In this document: positions 26,104-38,140 of the stretch, in pieces
Numbering within the stretch: the first letter of the stretch is position 1
Layout: each line of letters starts with the position of its first letter
NCBI RefSeq assembly: GCF_006345805.1
Contig: NC_043003.1
Location: 114,824,001 to 114,888,000 of the forward strand
Source of the DNA: Octopus sinensis
Taxonomy: Eukaryota
Reading direction: 5' to 3'
Length of the DNA: 64,000 nucleotides
The notes under the pieces: model-generated
What the model was told of the DNA's origin: nothing
The model's database searches: none
Seen by the model: only the letters and a program-made list of their open reading frames with translations
Translations under genes and position numbers: made by a program

Positions 26104-26428
26104 GTTGGTTAGATTAACGGTCGTTCTGCAGACGGCTAGGGAATAACAGAGACGTCGATGAAGCCCTGGAAATATAAAAATGGATGGATGTTTGGAAATG
26201 ATAAGGAAGGGAAACATTCTAGCGGCTGGATCGGCCTTGGTGAGAGTCAGAGAGAGAGAGAGAGGGGCAGAGACAGAGGGAGAGACAGATATATAAAATG
26301 ACAAGGAGAGACCGTGTAGTGTGGTAGAGATAGCATTTGATTAGTATCTTTGCTTGTTGCTAATGTTAACTGTTCCCTCTGGTGTCCGTTCACTTTTCCT
26401 ATTGTCTCTCTTTCCTACTCTTTCTTTG

Positions 26429-26465
<37 letters not shown>

Positions 26466-26615
26466 GTCTATCTTTATTAGATTTGTTTACTTCTTATCTC
26501 TCTAAATGTTTTCTCTCAGTTTTTGCTGCATTTCACACACACACACACACATGCACAAAGAAGGGTATAGAAATTCATGTATACACTTTTTATACACCCC
26601 TCTCTCTCCCTCCAA

Positions 26616-26654
<39 letters not shown>

Positions 26655-27923
26655 ATATATATATATATTATGGTGTGTGTATGTCTGTCAATATGTATGA
26701 AGTAAGTGTATGAATATAATATATATTTCAGTGTGTATGCATGAATGCATGTATCATCTGATGCACAGGATCACAAACTAACCTGACAGATCACACAACA
26801 CAGATTAGTTCATCGATATCTCTTACAAACGTGCTTGATACTATCGCCAACGAACTGTTGTTACGTAGTTTTATTGTTAACTTTTTCAGTGGGCTTCTGT
26901 CGCTCTGTGCGAAGTCCCTTGACAAGATTTGGCCTTTAGCATCATTCCCATGAGACCCATAATTTATTTGGCAATAATACTTAAAAAATTATTCGATGGA
27001 ACACTTTGCGTTCTGCTCAAATATACAGCCTTGAGAAATCACCGATACACTCCTACAAACACACCTATATCATATTCAAAATAATACAGACACACACACA
27101 TGGATGTTCAGAGATATGCACAAACGCATACATAATAAGAAGCACACACATATGTATTCGATGCTGTAGGTTCTCTCAGCAACAACTCAGGGTTTCACAA
27201 AATGACTTTGTACAGATTCTTTTGAAGTGAAGGTTGAAAAACAATTTGATGCTTAGAAATACTATCGTTTGCTGGTTGTTTTTGGTTTGTAAAAACTGCG
27301 TTCTAAGCTTCAGACTTCCATGGTGACTTCTTTCAAAGTCAATAACCACTGATTAATAGTTATCGTCTATAGTTCATTTTATTACGGGTATTAATTTGAA
27401 CCGTTAGATCCCTTTAATTCATCATTCATTTTTAATAAGAATCTGTTAGCAAAGTTATAAGTCAGATTGTTATTTACCAAATAGATTCTTCACAAGAGGT
27501 TGTCCTCAGAAAGTAGCATATTGTTACAAAGAAATACACTGTTAATTGTGACCTATAATTGTGTAAAGCAACAGATCGTCAAGTACTTTGTTAGTATTAG
27601 ATAACATTTCGAAAACCACAAGCACATTTTACAAATGTTCAATGAAATCTTTTTAAACAGCTGGCCTGGCAAATCACACATCGTTATTGAAGAAATGAAA
27701 ACAGGCAAACAAGAACGAACATTCTCATCTTTAACGTCCCATTCTCCAAAAGAGCAAGTCTATAATTGTAGGTCCATCCATACGTGTCCCTCGGTTGTTT
27801 TAGGCCTGTAATAACTGGCAATATGATAAGCTATATCTAACACTTAATAGTATTGTAAGAAATTCTACTTGATTCACAAAATACATATTTAAATGCAGAT
27901 TCAAAACAAGATACATAATCATT

Positions 27924-28225
27924 GTTTGTTCCTTCTCGAGCCATGCCTGACTCATAAGGGCCGGTTTCCCGGTTTCTTGGCGTATAGCTTACCCACCTGG
28001 ACGGGACGCCGGTCCGTCGCAGGTGAGCTACAAGATGCAGGAGGAAAGAATGAGAGAAAGTTGTGGTGAAAGAGTCAGCAGAAGTTTACCATTACTTTCT
28101 GCCGGAGCCGCGTGGAGCTTAGGTGTTTTCGTTCATAAACGCACGCATCGCCCATTCTGAGATTGAAACCCATGATCCCTCGACCGCGAGTCCGCTGCTC
28201 TAACCGCTTGGCCATATGCCTCCAC
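27924..28225 (-). mobile_element. SINE with family A head and an alternative tail
   Basis: Family A head; tail shared with 32474-32722; 11 bp TSD ACATAATCATT at 27913 and 28226. Confidence 0.88.
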
Positions 28226-28723
28226 ACATAATCATTCCGATAGAATGACGTAATTAGCCTAGTCTTGATGCCATATTTTTCTGCTTATCAATCTTGATAG
28301 GTAGAAGAGATGGTTAGCAATCACTGTCACTACTTTTGCTTCTGTTGTTCCTCTTCTCTTTGAGCTTCTCTTTGAGCTTCGACTTTCATCCATAAATATG
28401 CTAACCAAAGTTGCTTTTACTTTGATTTGGAAATGCCGAGATGAATTTAGAGTATACCTCTCAAAATACCAAACTATTCAGCAGCAGTTTTAGTGACTGA
28501 ATCTCCAACCATCACTGTTCCAGCAACTTTATCTCTTCAGAGATCTAATAGACAACACGTTTAAACTTATTTAACACTTTCCACCAAGCACCTGTTTTGC
28601 ACCATATTAAGAACATACTGGGAATAATCACCGTCGACTCTTCGGCAGTCAAAAGGTTATATTTAAATTCCTTTAAAACGTCTTCATTTTGTGAAAATCC
28701 TGTATATATCATTATTATTATCA

Positions 28724-28754
<31 letters not shown>

Positions 28755-29054
28755 GTTGTTGTTATTGTTAATGTTATTGTTAATGTTATTGTTATTGTTG
28801 TTGTTATCATTATTAATATTATTATTATTTATTATTATTATTATTATTATTTATTATTATTATTATTATTAGCAAATAAAAAAAAGAATACCATTGTCAT
28901 CAAGTGAACGATATTTCGACAAAATGAAGTAGATTGACACGTTAATTTTTTGAACCTGTGGAACTCTCACGAGATGTCGAAATATCGTTCACGTTTTAGT
29001 TTCTACATCTTCCGCAGGAGTTACCCCAATCCTATAAATATTATATCATTATTA

Positions 29055-29340
29055 TCATTGCCTTTGCACAGCTTCTAACGCTGGAGATGTTCTACAGTGT
29101 CATCTGTTCACTACTAGTGAACTGAAGTAACACCTCTTACTTTTCGAGCACCTTCCGGTGTATCTGAGCGGTTCCTAGCAGTGCTGTTCTCTGCAAGTGC
29201 TCCACCCTTATTGCAGCCCCTATTTGTTCCACGTACTTCTCGAGATTTTTGCTCACTGTTCCCAGTGCTCAGACAATTATTGGTACTACTGCTACATTTT
29301 TCATCGACCACAACTGCTTAACTTCCCAAGCTAACCTGTC
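29055..29340 (-). mobile_element. R4/Dong-like LINE 3' end
   Basis: VVPIIV.ALGTVSKNLEKYVEQIGAAIRVEHLQRTALLGTAQIHRKVLEK plus 3' UTR. Confidence 0.8.
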
Positions 29341-29379
29341 GTATTATTTTCGATAGCATCTTCGTTCAATTCTGACTCC

Positions 29380-30660
29380 ATTTCTTGCCGAGTGTCTTCC
29401 TGATACCTAGGGCAGAGAAACGTACTACATACATTAGTAGGCTATTTAAATAAACACATCAGCTTGCTCATTTACAAAGTCATGTGACAGAGAAAAGGGG
29501 GAAGACAGTGAGAAAAAAATTAACTAATAAAAGAAAGGGGGTGGAAAAGTAAAGAAAATTTACAGTGACAATGCTCTTCTCAATACGTGGAACTTAACAG
29601 TTAAGACAAACTTTTGCACTTCCTGCATGGATGGTAAGCAAGGGAACATTCTGAAATAATTTTTAGTTCCTTTTTTGATCATTCCAAGTACTCCACTGGT
29701 ATTGTAACCGTTTTGATATACCACAGATTTTCGATTTCGATTAGCAAATCTTTATTGTTATTTTCTGAGATGATTAAATTCTTTTGCCGAGATATCAGCG
29801 CCTTGATGGTCCGATCTGTACAAACTGGGAAGTCCCAAAGAATAGCTACCTTTTCTCCCTCTGTTACATCTTCAGGGTGGTGCTTGTACCATTTGTCAGC
29901 AGTTCTGATTTTATGATGCTGACACTGTCCAGTGTATATATTGGTCAGTTCTGTCATGTCATGATTTGGACTCTGCAGGTGCGAAAACCTTACATCTAGA
30001 GATTAGATGGTCCACTGCTTCTAACCCGTCGTTGCAGTTTCCGCACTTTGGGGCTACGCCATTTTTCATCATATGACTTGATAGTTCCGGGTCAGTAAAA
30101 TTTGATCTCAGTCACCTAAGATAACGCCTTCACTCTCTTCCTTTAGCCCTGAGCTCCATAGCCACTGATGAGTGTACTTTTGGACTATATCAGCGTGTTT
30201 GCTATGGGCGACATATTTTCCATGCAGAGGTCTTTGTTCCTACCTATCAGCCAATTGTTGAAACGCATTTTGCTTTGCTATTGATTCCACCTTCTTTGCA
30301 TACACAGCTGCTGCATTTCCATCATGCTGTTCAACCTGGGTATTATGCATAAAATCACTTGAAAATATTTTGCTCTCCTTCATAGCAGAATGAAGATTCT
30401 TACGTCTTTCATAGTTTACAACAAGATTTACTATCCAGTCGTTAGATGTTTCAAGATATTTTGCCAGTCCACTTGTAGTGGTTTTGTAGGAGAATTCAAA
30501 TTGGATCAAGCCTCGACCCCCTTGAGCTCTGGGTAGGTAAAGATGATCTGCATCTGCCTTTGGGTGGTCCATCGTATTGCAAGTTAGCAGCTTAAGATTT
30601 TCCTATCAATCTTCCATATTTCGCTGATATTCCAGTTCAACACATTGAAACTCTAAATAA
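29380..30660 (-). mobile_element. R4/Dong-like LINE 3' portion (5'-truncated, decayed)
   Basis: HPKADADHLYLPRAQGGRGL, later WYKHHPEDVTEGEKVAILWDFPVCTDRTIKA. Confidence 0.85.
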
Positions 30661-30745
30661 CAATTATTATCACCGTCGACTCCTTTGGTAGTTATACGTT
30701 TAAATTTAAATTTCTTTAAAAAGTTTTCATTTTATCAAAATCCTG

Positions 30746-30782
<37 letters not shown>

Positions 30783-30866
30783 GTGCATATATATATGTAT
30801 GTATGTATGTATGTATATATATGAATAAGTTGGACCCAGCAAGAAGACGTAGAGCAACAAGGTGTA

Positions 30867-30918
30867 ATCACTACAATTGTTTCCCTGCATTATGAGATGT
30901 TGCATTTCATCAGGTGAT
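30867..30918 (-). ncRNA. Minimal type I hammerhead ribozyme motif
   Basis: AUCAC-CUGAUGA-aaUGCA...UGCAgg-GAAAC-AAUU-GUA-GUGAU: full core and 5 bp stem I; the two stem II pairs next to the core are mismatched. Confidence 0.65.
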
Positions 30919-31059
30919 ATATAAATATAGTTTCTCTTTTCCGTAAACTCGGTGTACGTGATAACTGTGTTGTATATATTTAATGTTAACATTCACGAAA
31001 AGAATCTTTACATAGTTTTCCCTCTATGTAAAGCCCTTTATGGCTAATTTGATGAAATA

Positions 31060-31218
31060 AAGAAGCTTGCTTATCAACCATATTTTCCGGGTTCAGTTCG
31101 ATTGCGTGGCATCTTGGGCAAGTGACTTCTACTGTAGCCTCAAGCCGACCAAAGCCTTGTGAGTGGACTTAGTAGATGGAAACTGAAAGACGCCTACCGC
31201 ATATATATGTGTGTGTAC

Positions 31219-31250
<32 letters not shown>

Positions 31251-31429
31251 GTGTGTCTGTGTTTCTCTCCCCACCATTGCTTGACAACCTATGCTGGTTT
31301 GTTTACGTCCCCGTAATCTAGAGTTTAGTAAAGAGACCGATAGTATAAGTACTACTTTGTTCGATTAAAGGCGGTGCTCCAGCATGTCCGCAGCCAAACA
31401 AATAAAAACAAATAAAAGAATAAAAGAAA
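31060..31429 (+). mobile_element. SINE family B (diverged)
   Basis: Collinear with 23668-24065, with deletions. Confidence 0.85.
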
Positions 31430-31880
31430 ATATATATATATATATAAAAAAACTGTAAGTAAAATTGCATAATACATTAATAGCGAAACAATTGTCTAGA
31501 GTTAATCTAAATTTTTGCTATTTTTCATTTGTCCTGCTCGTTTACGCTCATAGTTGTGCTAATTCTCCTTGGAAACAATTCTTGGTGGTTGAGACCATAG
31601 CGGATCTATTTTTAGCGCAAGAGCGTCCACATAGTGGACCCTCTCTTATATTTGTGTATCTATCTATCTATCTATATATATATATATATATACATATATA
31701 TAATATGTATATGCTTACATACGTATGCTTCTATGTGTATACATGTGTGTGCAAGAGTGAATATGTGCGTTAGTCTGCGCACAGTTGGTGCAACTGATAT
31801 CCATTTATTCATATTGAAACGTTTTAATGTCAGTATTATATTTCAATTTGCGTAAGCATCAACGAATGATCTCTAATACA

Positions 31881-31939
<59 letters not shown>

Positions 31940-32011
31940 AATATATACATATATGTATATATGTATATATATTTATACATACATACATACATACATACAT
32001 ACATACATACA

Positions 32012-32078
<67 letters not shown>

Positions 32079-32473
32079 TGCTGTGATAGCGTACTGGGAT
32101 TTCCACTTAAGTCAGGTTAAAATTTCAGATTTGTTGTGATACATCTAAGGTCAAATTGACTCTGAGGTCACACATCGAAGTATAACCGTATACACACGCA
32201 CACACAGACACATAAACGCACCCATATATAATATAAAATTAAATAATATATTGTAAACAGGAAGAAATTATGAACTGAACTTAATTGGAAATGCTGAATT
32301 AAAGTAAAATTACGAGGAATAAGATATTAGTCATGAAATATTCTGAAGAAATATAACAGAAAATGAATAATTACAACGATAAATGTATTGTTTGGCAAAG
32401 TATTAAACTAATTTGTGGTCATCAAACGAAAGAATGTTCGAGAAGAAACTCTGCATAACTGAATATATCTGAA

Positions 32474-32722
32474 GTGGAGGCGTGTGGCTTAGTGGTTAAG
32501 GTGTTGAACTCATGATCGTAAGGTTATGGTTTCGATTCCTTGGCCGGGCGATGCGTTGTGTTCTTGAGCAAAACACTTAATTTCACGTTGCTCCAGTCCA
32601 CTCAGCTGGCAAAAATGATTGATCCTGCGACGGACCGGCGTCCCATCCAGGTGGGGATTTTCTACGCCACAGAAACCGGGAAACCGGTCCTTATGAGCCT
32701 GGCATGGCTTGAGAAGGAACGA
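32474..32722 (+). mobile_element. tRNA-derived CORE-like SINE
   Basis: TGGCTTAGTGG A box, GGTTTCGATTCC B box, TGTGTTCTTGAGCAAAACACTTAA CORE-like motif. Confidence 0.85.
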
Positions 32723-32837
32723 CACCAATATACCTGAAGAAGTTTTGTATAAACATGTGTACAATTTAACTGGTTTGGGGATTAAAGGAAAAGTGTAAGG
32801 ATAAATTATACGATTTCCGTCTAACTGGCCAGCAGTC

Positions 32838-34025
32838 GTGTACACAACGCTAACAGATGTGTACGCAGTGCTAACAGATGTGTACGCAATGCTAAAAGAT
32901 GTGTACACAATGCTAAGAGATGTGTACGTAGTGCTAACAGATGTGTACGCAATGCTAAAAGATGTGTACACAATGCTAAGAGATGTGTACGCAGTGCTAA
33001 CAGATGTGTACCCAGTGCTAACAGATGTCTAAGCAGTGCTAACAGATGTGTACGCATTGCTAACAGATGTGTACGCAGTGCTAACAGATGTGTACGCAGC
33101 ACTAACAGATGCATACCCAGCGCTAACAGATGTGTATGCAGTTCTAAAAGATATGTACACATTGTTAATGGACGTGTGCACAGTGCGAACAGATGTGTAC
33201 GGAATGTGAATAGACGTGTACACAGTGCGAACACTTGTGTATACAATGCAAACACATGTGTAATAATGGAAGCACTCCGTCGGTTACGACGACGAGGGTT
33301 CCGATTGATCCGATCAACGGAACAGCTTGCTCGTGAAATTAACGTGTAAGTGGCTGAGCACTCCACAGACACGTGTACCCTTAACGTAGTTCTCGGGGAT
33401 ATTCAGCGTGACACAGAGAGTGACAAGGCCGGCTCCTTGAAATACAGGTACAACAGAAACAGGAAGTAAGAGTGAGAGAAAGTTGTGGTGAAAGAGTACA
33501 GCAGGGATCACCACCATCTCCTGCCGGAGCCTCGTGGAGCTTTTAGGTGTTTTCGCTCAATAAACACTCATAACGCCCGGTCTGGGAATCGAAATCGTGA
33601 TCCTACGACCGCGAGTCCGCTGCCCTAACCACTGGGCCATTGCGCCTCCACACATGTGTACATATGTGTGTTGAGTGGTATACACGTTTATACAGTGATA
33701 ATAGACGTATACACAGTGCTAACAGACATGCATAGAGTGCAAATAGATGTGTATTCTTTGCTAATAGGTATGCACATATTGCTAACGAACGTGTACAGAG
33801 TGCGAACACGGGTACACAGTGCTAACACACGGGTATATAATGATAACAGAGGTGTACACAGTGGTCGTAGATGTGTACACAGTACTAACAGACGTGTATA
33901 AGGTATAAATATACGTGGATTCAGTTGTAACAGATGTGTAAACGTTTCTAACGGACGTGTACAAAGTTCTAACAGATGTGTGCGGTGTGTAAACGTGTAC
34001 TCGTTGCTAACACTGGTGTACACAC
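32838..34025. repeat. 21 bp minisatellite (consensus GTGTACGCAGTGCTAACAGAT), interrupted by a SINE
   Basis: Visible 21 bp period, homogeneous on the left and degenerate on the right. Confidence 0.92.
33263..33651 (-). mobile_element. SINE family A
   Basis: Reverse complement of 5716-6102; TSD ACACATGTGTA at 33252 and 33650. Confidence 0.93.
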
Positions 34026-34356
34026 ACTGTAATTAAAATCAGGAGAGACGTCAACTATTTGAAATTTCAACCCTATTAAATATTCTTCCCCAATTTATAT
34101 GATCGTCTTTGAAATAAATAGAAATTTGAGCATGAAAATCTGCCGGAAGAAGCATCTATATACAAAATATTACACGTTAAAACATAAAAGTGTCTTCTTG
34201 GTAAGCATTCCTTTATCAACATAAGCGGAAACCCTTCTTTTGGAGGCCCTGTTCCATGTTCTTACCCTGCTATCGAGGACGATGTCTATAGAGGTGTAGA
34301 TGAGAAAATAGCAAGAGATTGTTCTTTGGGTAGTTTGGTGAGTTATAGGGAAGGAG

Positions 34357-34392
<36 letters not shown>

Positions 34393-34399
34393 AAATAAC

Positions 34400-34572
34400 A
34401 GCACAAGGCCTGCACTTTTGGGTAGGGGCTGACTCGGTTACATCGACCCCAGTACTCAACTAGCATTCATTTTGCCGACCCCATCGGCATTTCAACTCAG
34501 AATGTAAAGAAAGGAAGAAATACCCGCTAAGCATTTTGTCCAGTGTGCTAACGATTCTGTGAGCTCACCGTC
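34400..34572 (-). mobile_element. SINE family C (degenerate)
   Basis: Partial match to the family C head and tail. Confidence 0.65.
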
Positions 34573-34664
34573 TTCGACAATAATAATAATATATTAAATT
34601 CATAAACGATGTTATAGAAATAACAATCGATTTATTGAATTAAGGAATGATATGTGTAGTCCCA

Positions 34665-35213
34665 GCGGCATGTGATGGAACGATCTTGCTGGTATCAAAT
34701 TTCTGGTAAGCGGGTGGTCGCTTGACGCTGCAGAGTTGCATCTTGATCTTGGCAACCAGAGGTTCATGGTCAGATCCACAGTCTGCCCCAGGGAAGGTCT
34801 TCACAGCTTGGACTGAACTCTTCCACCGTTGCTGACATAGGATGTAGTCGATTTGATTGCGGTACTGTCCACTTGGCGACGTCCAGGTGTATAACCTTCT
34901 TCTTGGTTGCCGAAACCAAGTATTGGTTAACCGCATGTGTTGTTCTTGACAAAATTGGATTCCATGGACAGCGAGGCTCACCAATGGAGAAGTTCTTAAG
35001 CAGATCAAAATCCCTGGAGGACATCATGCTCGGAATGGTCAGTGGCAAGAGAGGAAGAGGCCGACCAAGAACCCGCTGGCTTGACACCATCAAGAGTGAT
35101 ACCGGAATGGACATAGTCAATCTGAAAGAAGCGGTCCAGGATAGAACTGACTGGAGGACACTGATCCATTGAGTAACCGAGAGTCGACTTCGACTGAGCG
35201 GATAGATAGATAG
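34665..35213. mobile_element. RTE-clade LINE insertion with inverted 5' segment
   Basis: Minus-strand endonuclease piece (YTWTSPSGQYRNQIDYIL...GADCGSDH) joined to a plus-strand 3' end (IPWTARLTN, GKRGRGRPRTRW, (GATA)n tail); 13 bp TSD with one mismatch. Confidence 0.88.
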
Positions 35214-35859
35214 ATGTGTTGTCCCATGGTGAACCAATCAAATTGTTCGCAAACATTAAACATTTAAAACTATTATTATGTTTAATGATACATTAGAGAA
35301 AAATATATCGCAACTGTGTGCTCATGACAACAAACCGAGATGCACATATTCCGTTTGAGACAGATGTAAGAGTATCTATGTTGATCTCATGAAATTACAA
35401 ACTAATATTCCAAATGAGAGCAAAAATATATTAAATAAAAGAAACAGAAGGATTCGAATATAAATATAAATATAAATATAAATATATATAAAGATGAAAA
35501 TACAGGCAAACAAAAATCGACACTGAATAATGCAAACACAAGGCATGACATATTCACAGCACATATATACGTAGAGACACAACAATGCATAAAGAAGGGC
35601 TCACCAGCAAACTCACATAAGTGATTACATGAATAAAAACGAAGGTACACACACATGTATATACACACAAACGCGCGCACACACACACACACACATACAC
35701 ATTCACGCACACACACAACAGGACAACAAACATACATGTAAAGTCGATCGGGAACGCATACGCGGCAGGTTATCTTCAAATTCATGGCAGCATTCAAATA
35801 TAATTATGTTAAAACCTGCAGAGCATACACAAAATCAGCCATGATGCATATGCACATGT

Positions 35860-35990
35860 AGGTATGCATGCATGTACATGTATATATATACACACACATT
35901 CACATACACGTATATATATATATATATGTACATACATCTGCACACAAATCTATGCATATATATATATACTTTTATGGTATATATATATGT

Positions 35991-36025
<35 letters not shown>

Positions 36026-36473
36026 CACACACAGATACACATACACACATTGTATATGTATATGTACGCGTACATATGTATATACGTATGTATATATATA
36101 TATATATTACATACACATATATATATAGAGAGAGAGATAGATAGATAGATATATAGATAGATAGATATATATGTATATATATATATATGTAGATATATAC
36201 ATATATACATACATTACATATATATATACGTTTATATATACAGAGAGAGAAGGAGAGAAAGACAGACAGACAGAGATAGATACATATACATACATACGTA
36301 CATATATACATATATATATATATATATTAAAATAGATGTATATATATATGTATATATATATATATAATTTATAAGTATATATATATATATACATATACAT
36401 ACATACATATATATATATATACATGTATGTTAATAATATATATATATATATATAATATTATATATATATGTAT

Positions 36474-36505
<32 letters not shown>

Positions 36506-36566
36506 ATATATATAATATATATATAATATATATATGTATGTATATATGTACGAATGTATGTATATG
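35860..36566. repeat. (TA)n-rich compound microsatellite
   Basis: Directly visible. Confidence 0.95.
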
Positions 36567-37314
36567 TATCTTTATCCCTCTCTCATAGTTTTATTTTCTA
36601 TTTTGCAGACAGCATTTCATAGATATCATTTAAAATGCGTGTCTCATTTCATTTTGCAGAAACAATCAGATTCGTCGAATTGGTTTCATCAATAATTCCA
36701 TCAAAATGAAAGTGATAGAGACGTGGAACTAGTAATAATGATGCGGCAGATATTGATGCATGGAACCTAGTTTTCTGTGTATTCGAACAAGATCGATTAA
36801 AATCAGTTTGGTCTACAAGAAACGAGTCAGTATTGTGTACAGCACAATATCATATATGAACATATGTTTTACTCACTTCTTAAATAAATAAATAAATATA
36901 TATACATATATATATATATATAACATATGATTGTAATTAACGGCTATTGGATATAACCAGCAACCTACGCTAGAAGTAGATGTTACATACCTACAATCCA
37001 CCTTCGTTCTCTCTCACTTCTTTATATATATATATATATAAATGTCTATATATATATTATATATATATATATATTATATATATAAAATATTATTGAGACA
37101 AATATATATATGCATTATATATATAACATATATATATATAAATGTCTATACATATATATATATATACAAAAAGCAATAAAGATTCAAGTTAATTTAAATG
37201 AATTTACTTGAATGGTACCTAACTTAGATGCACCAAAAAAAAACTATACTGTTTTAACAATACAGTAATGTGGGGTGATTATAAGCGAGAAAGAAGCAAC
37301 AAGAATGGATAGGT

Positions 37315-37405
37315 TTTTAGTACAATCGTTTCATACAAGGACAGGCTTTATTAAAAGTTGCAAAAATTACACCATATAAACGTGTCCCGTACTCATCAGC
37401 TAAAA
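37315..37405 (-). ncRNA. Minimal type I hammerhead ribozyme motif (left arm)
   Basis: Mirror copy of 38050-38140. Confidence 0.8.
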
Positions 37406-38049
37406 TACATGTGACTTCTCTAGACATCCTAGTGGTTGAGGCTATACTCATGAAGTAATGTAGATAATTAAGTAACATAAACAGATTTCCAAAGTTCATT
37501 AAAGTTCTTTAAAGATGATGTACAGTCTACATCATCTTTAAAGATGAAATAGCTACAGCCTCTTGTAAATAGCAGTAATGTGATTAATGTGGCAAATACC
37601 TAATCATATAACAAGAATTGATACCTACCTCATTGTGTTCAACCATTGATAAATTTATCGCCTGTGAATATGAAATTCCTCTTCATTTCTCTGGAAATTT
37701 ACATCTACACCATTGGAAATTGTGCATCTATACAAAGGATTAATTCACCCTCTCTGTAATGCTAATAAGCAGGAATTGAGACCCACCTCGTTGTGATTAA
37801 CAATGGATAAATTTGTCGTCTGTGAGTATGTAATCCCTCCTCATATCTCTGGAAATTCATATGTGCACTATGGATTAGGTCACCTTCTCTGTGATGCTAT
37901 TAAAACATTTTTAAAATTCTGTGATAAGACTGTACATCATCTTTAAAGAACTTTAATGAACTTTGGAAATCTGTTTATGTTACTTAATTATCTACATTAC
38001 TTCATGAGTATAGCCTCAACCACTAGGATGTCTAGAGAAGTCACATGTA

Positions 38050-38140
38050 TTTTAGCTGATGAGTACGGGACACGTTTATATGGTGTAATTTTTGCAACTT
38101 TTAATAAAGCCTGTCCTTGTATGAAACGATTGTACTAAAA
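38050..38140 (+). ncRNA. Minimal type I hammerhead ribozyme motif (right arm)
   Basis: UUUUAG-CUGAUGA-GUACGGGACA...UGUCCUUGUAU-GAAAC-GAUU-GUA-CUAAAA: 6 bp stem I, ~10 bp stem II, 2 bp stem III, GUA cleavage triplet. Confidence 0.8.

Noticed and set aside
32838-33260. CRISPR-like array
   Set aside because: Repeats are contiguous without unique spacers; eukaryotic context and no cas genes.
37317-38138. Two identical 60 aa ORFs as duplicated genes
   Set aside because: Their identity follows from the inverted repeat; the sequence is better explained by the hammerhead structure.
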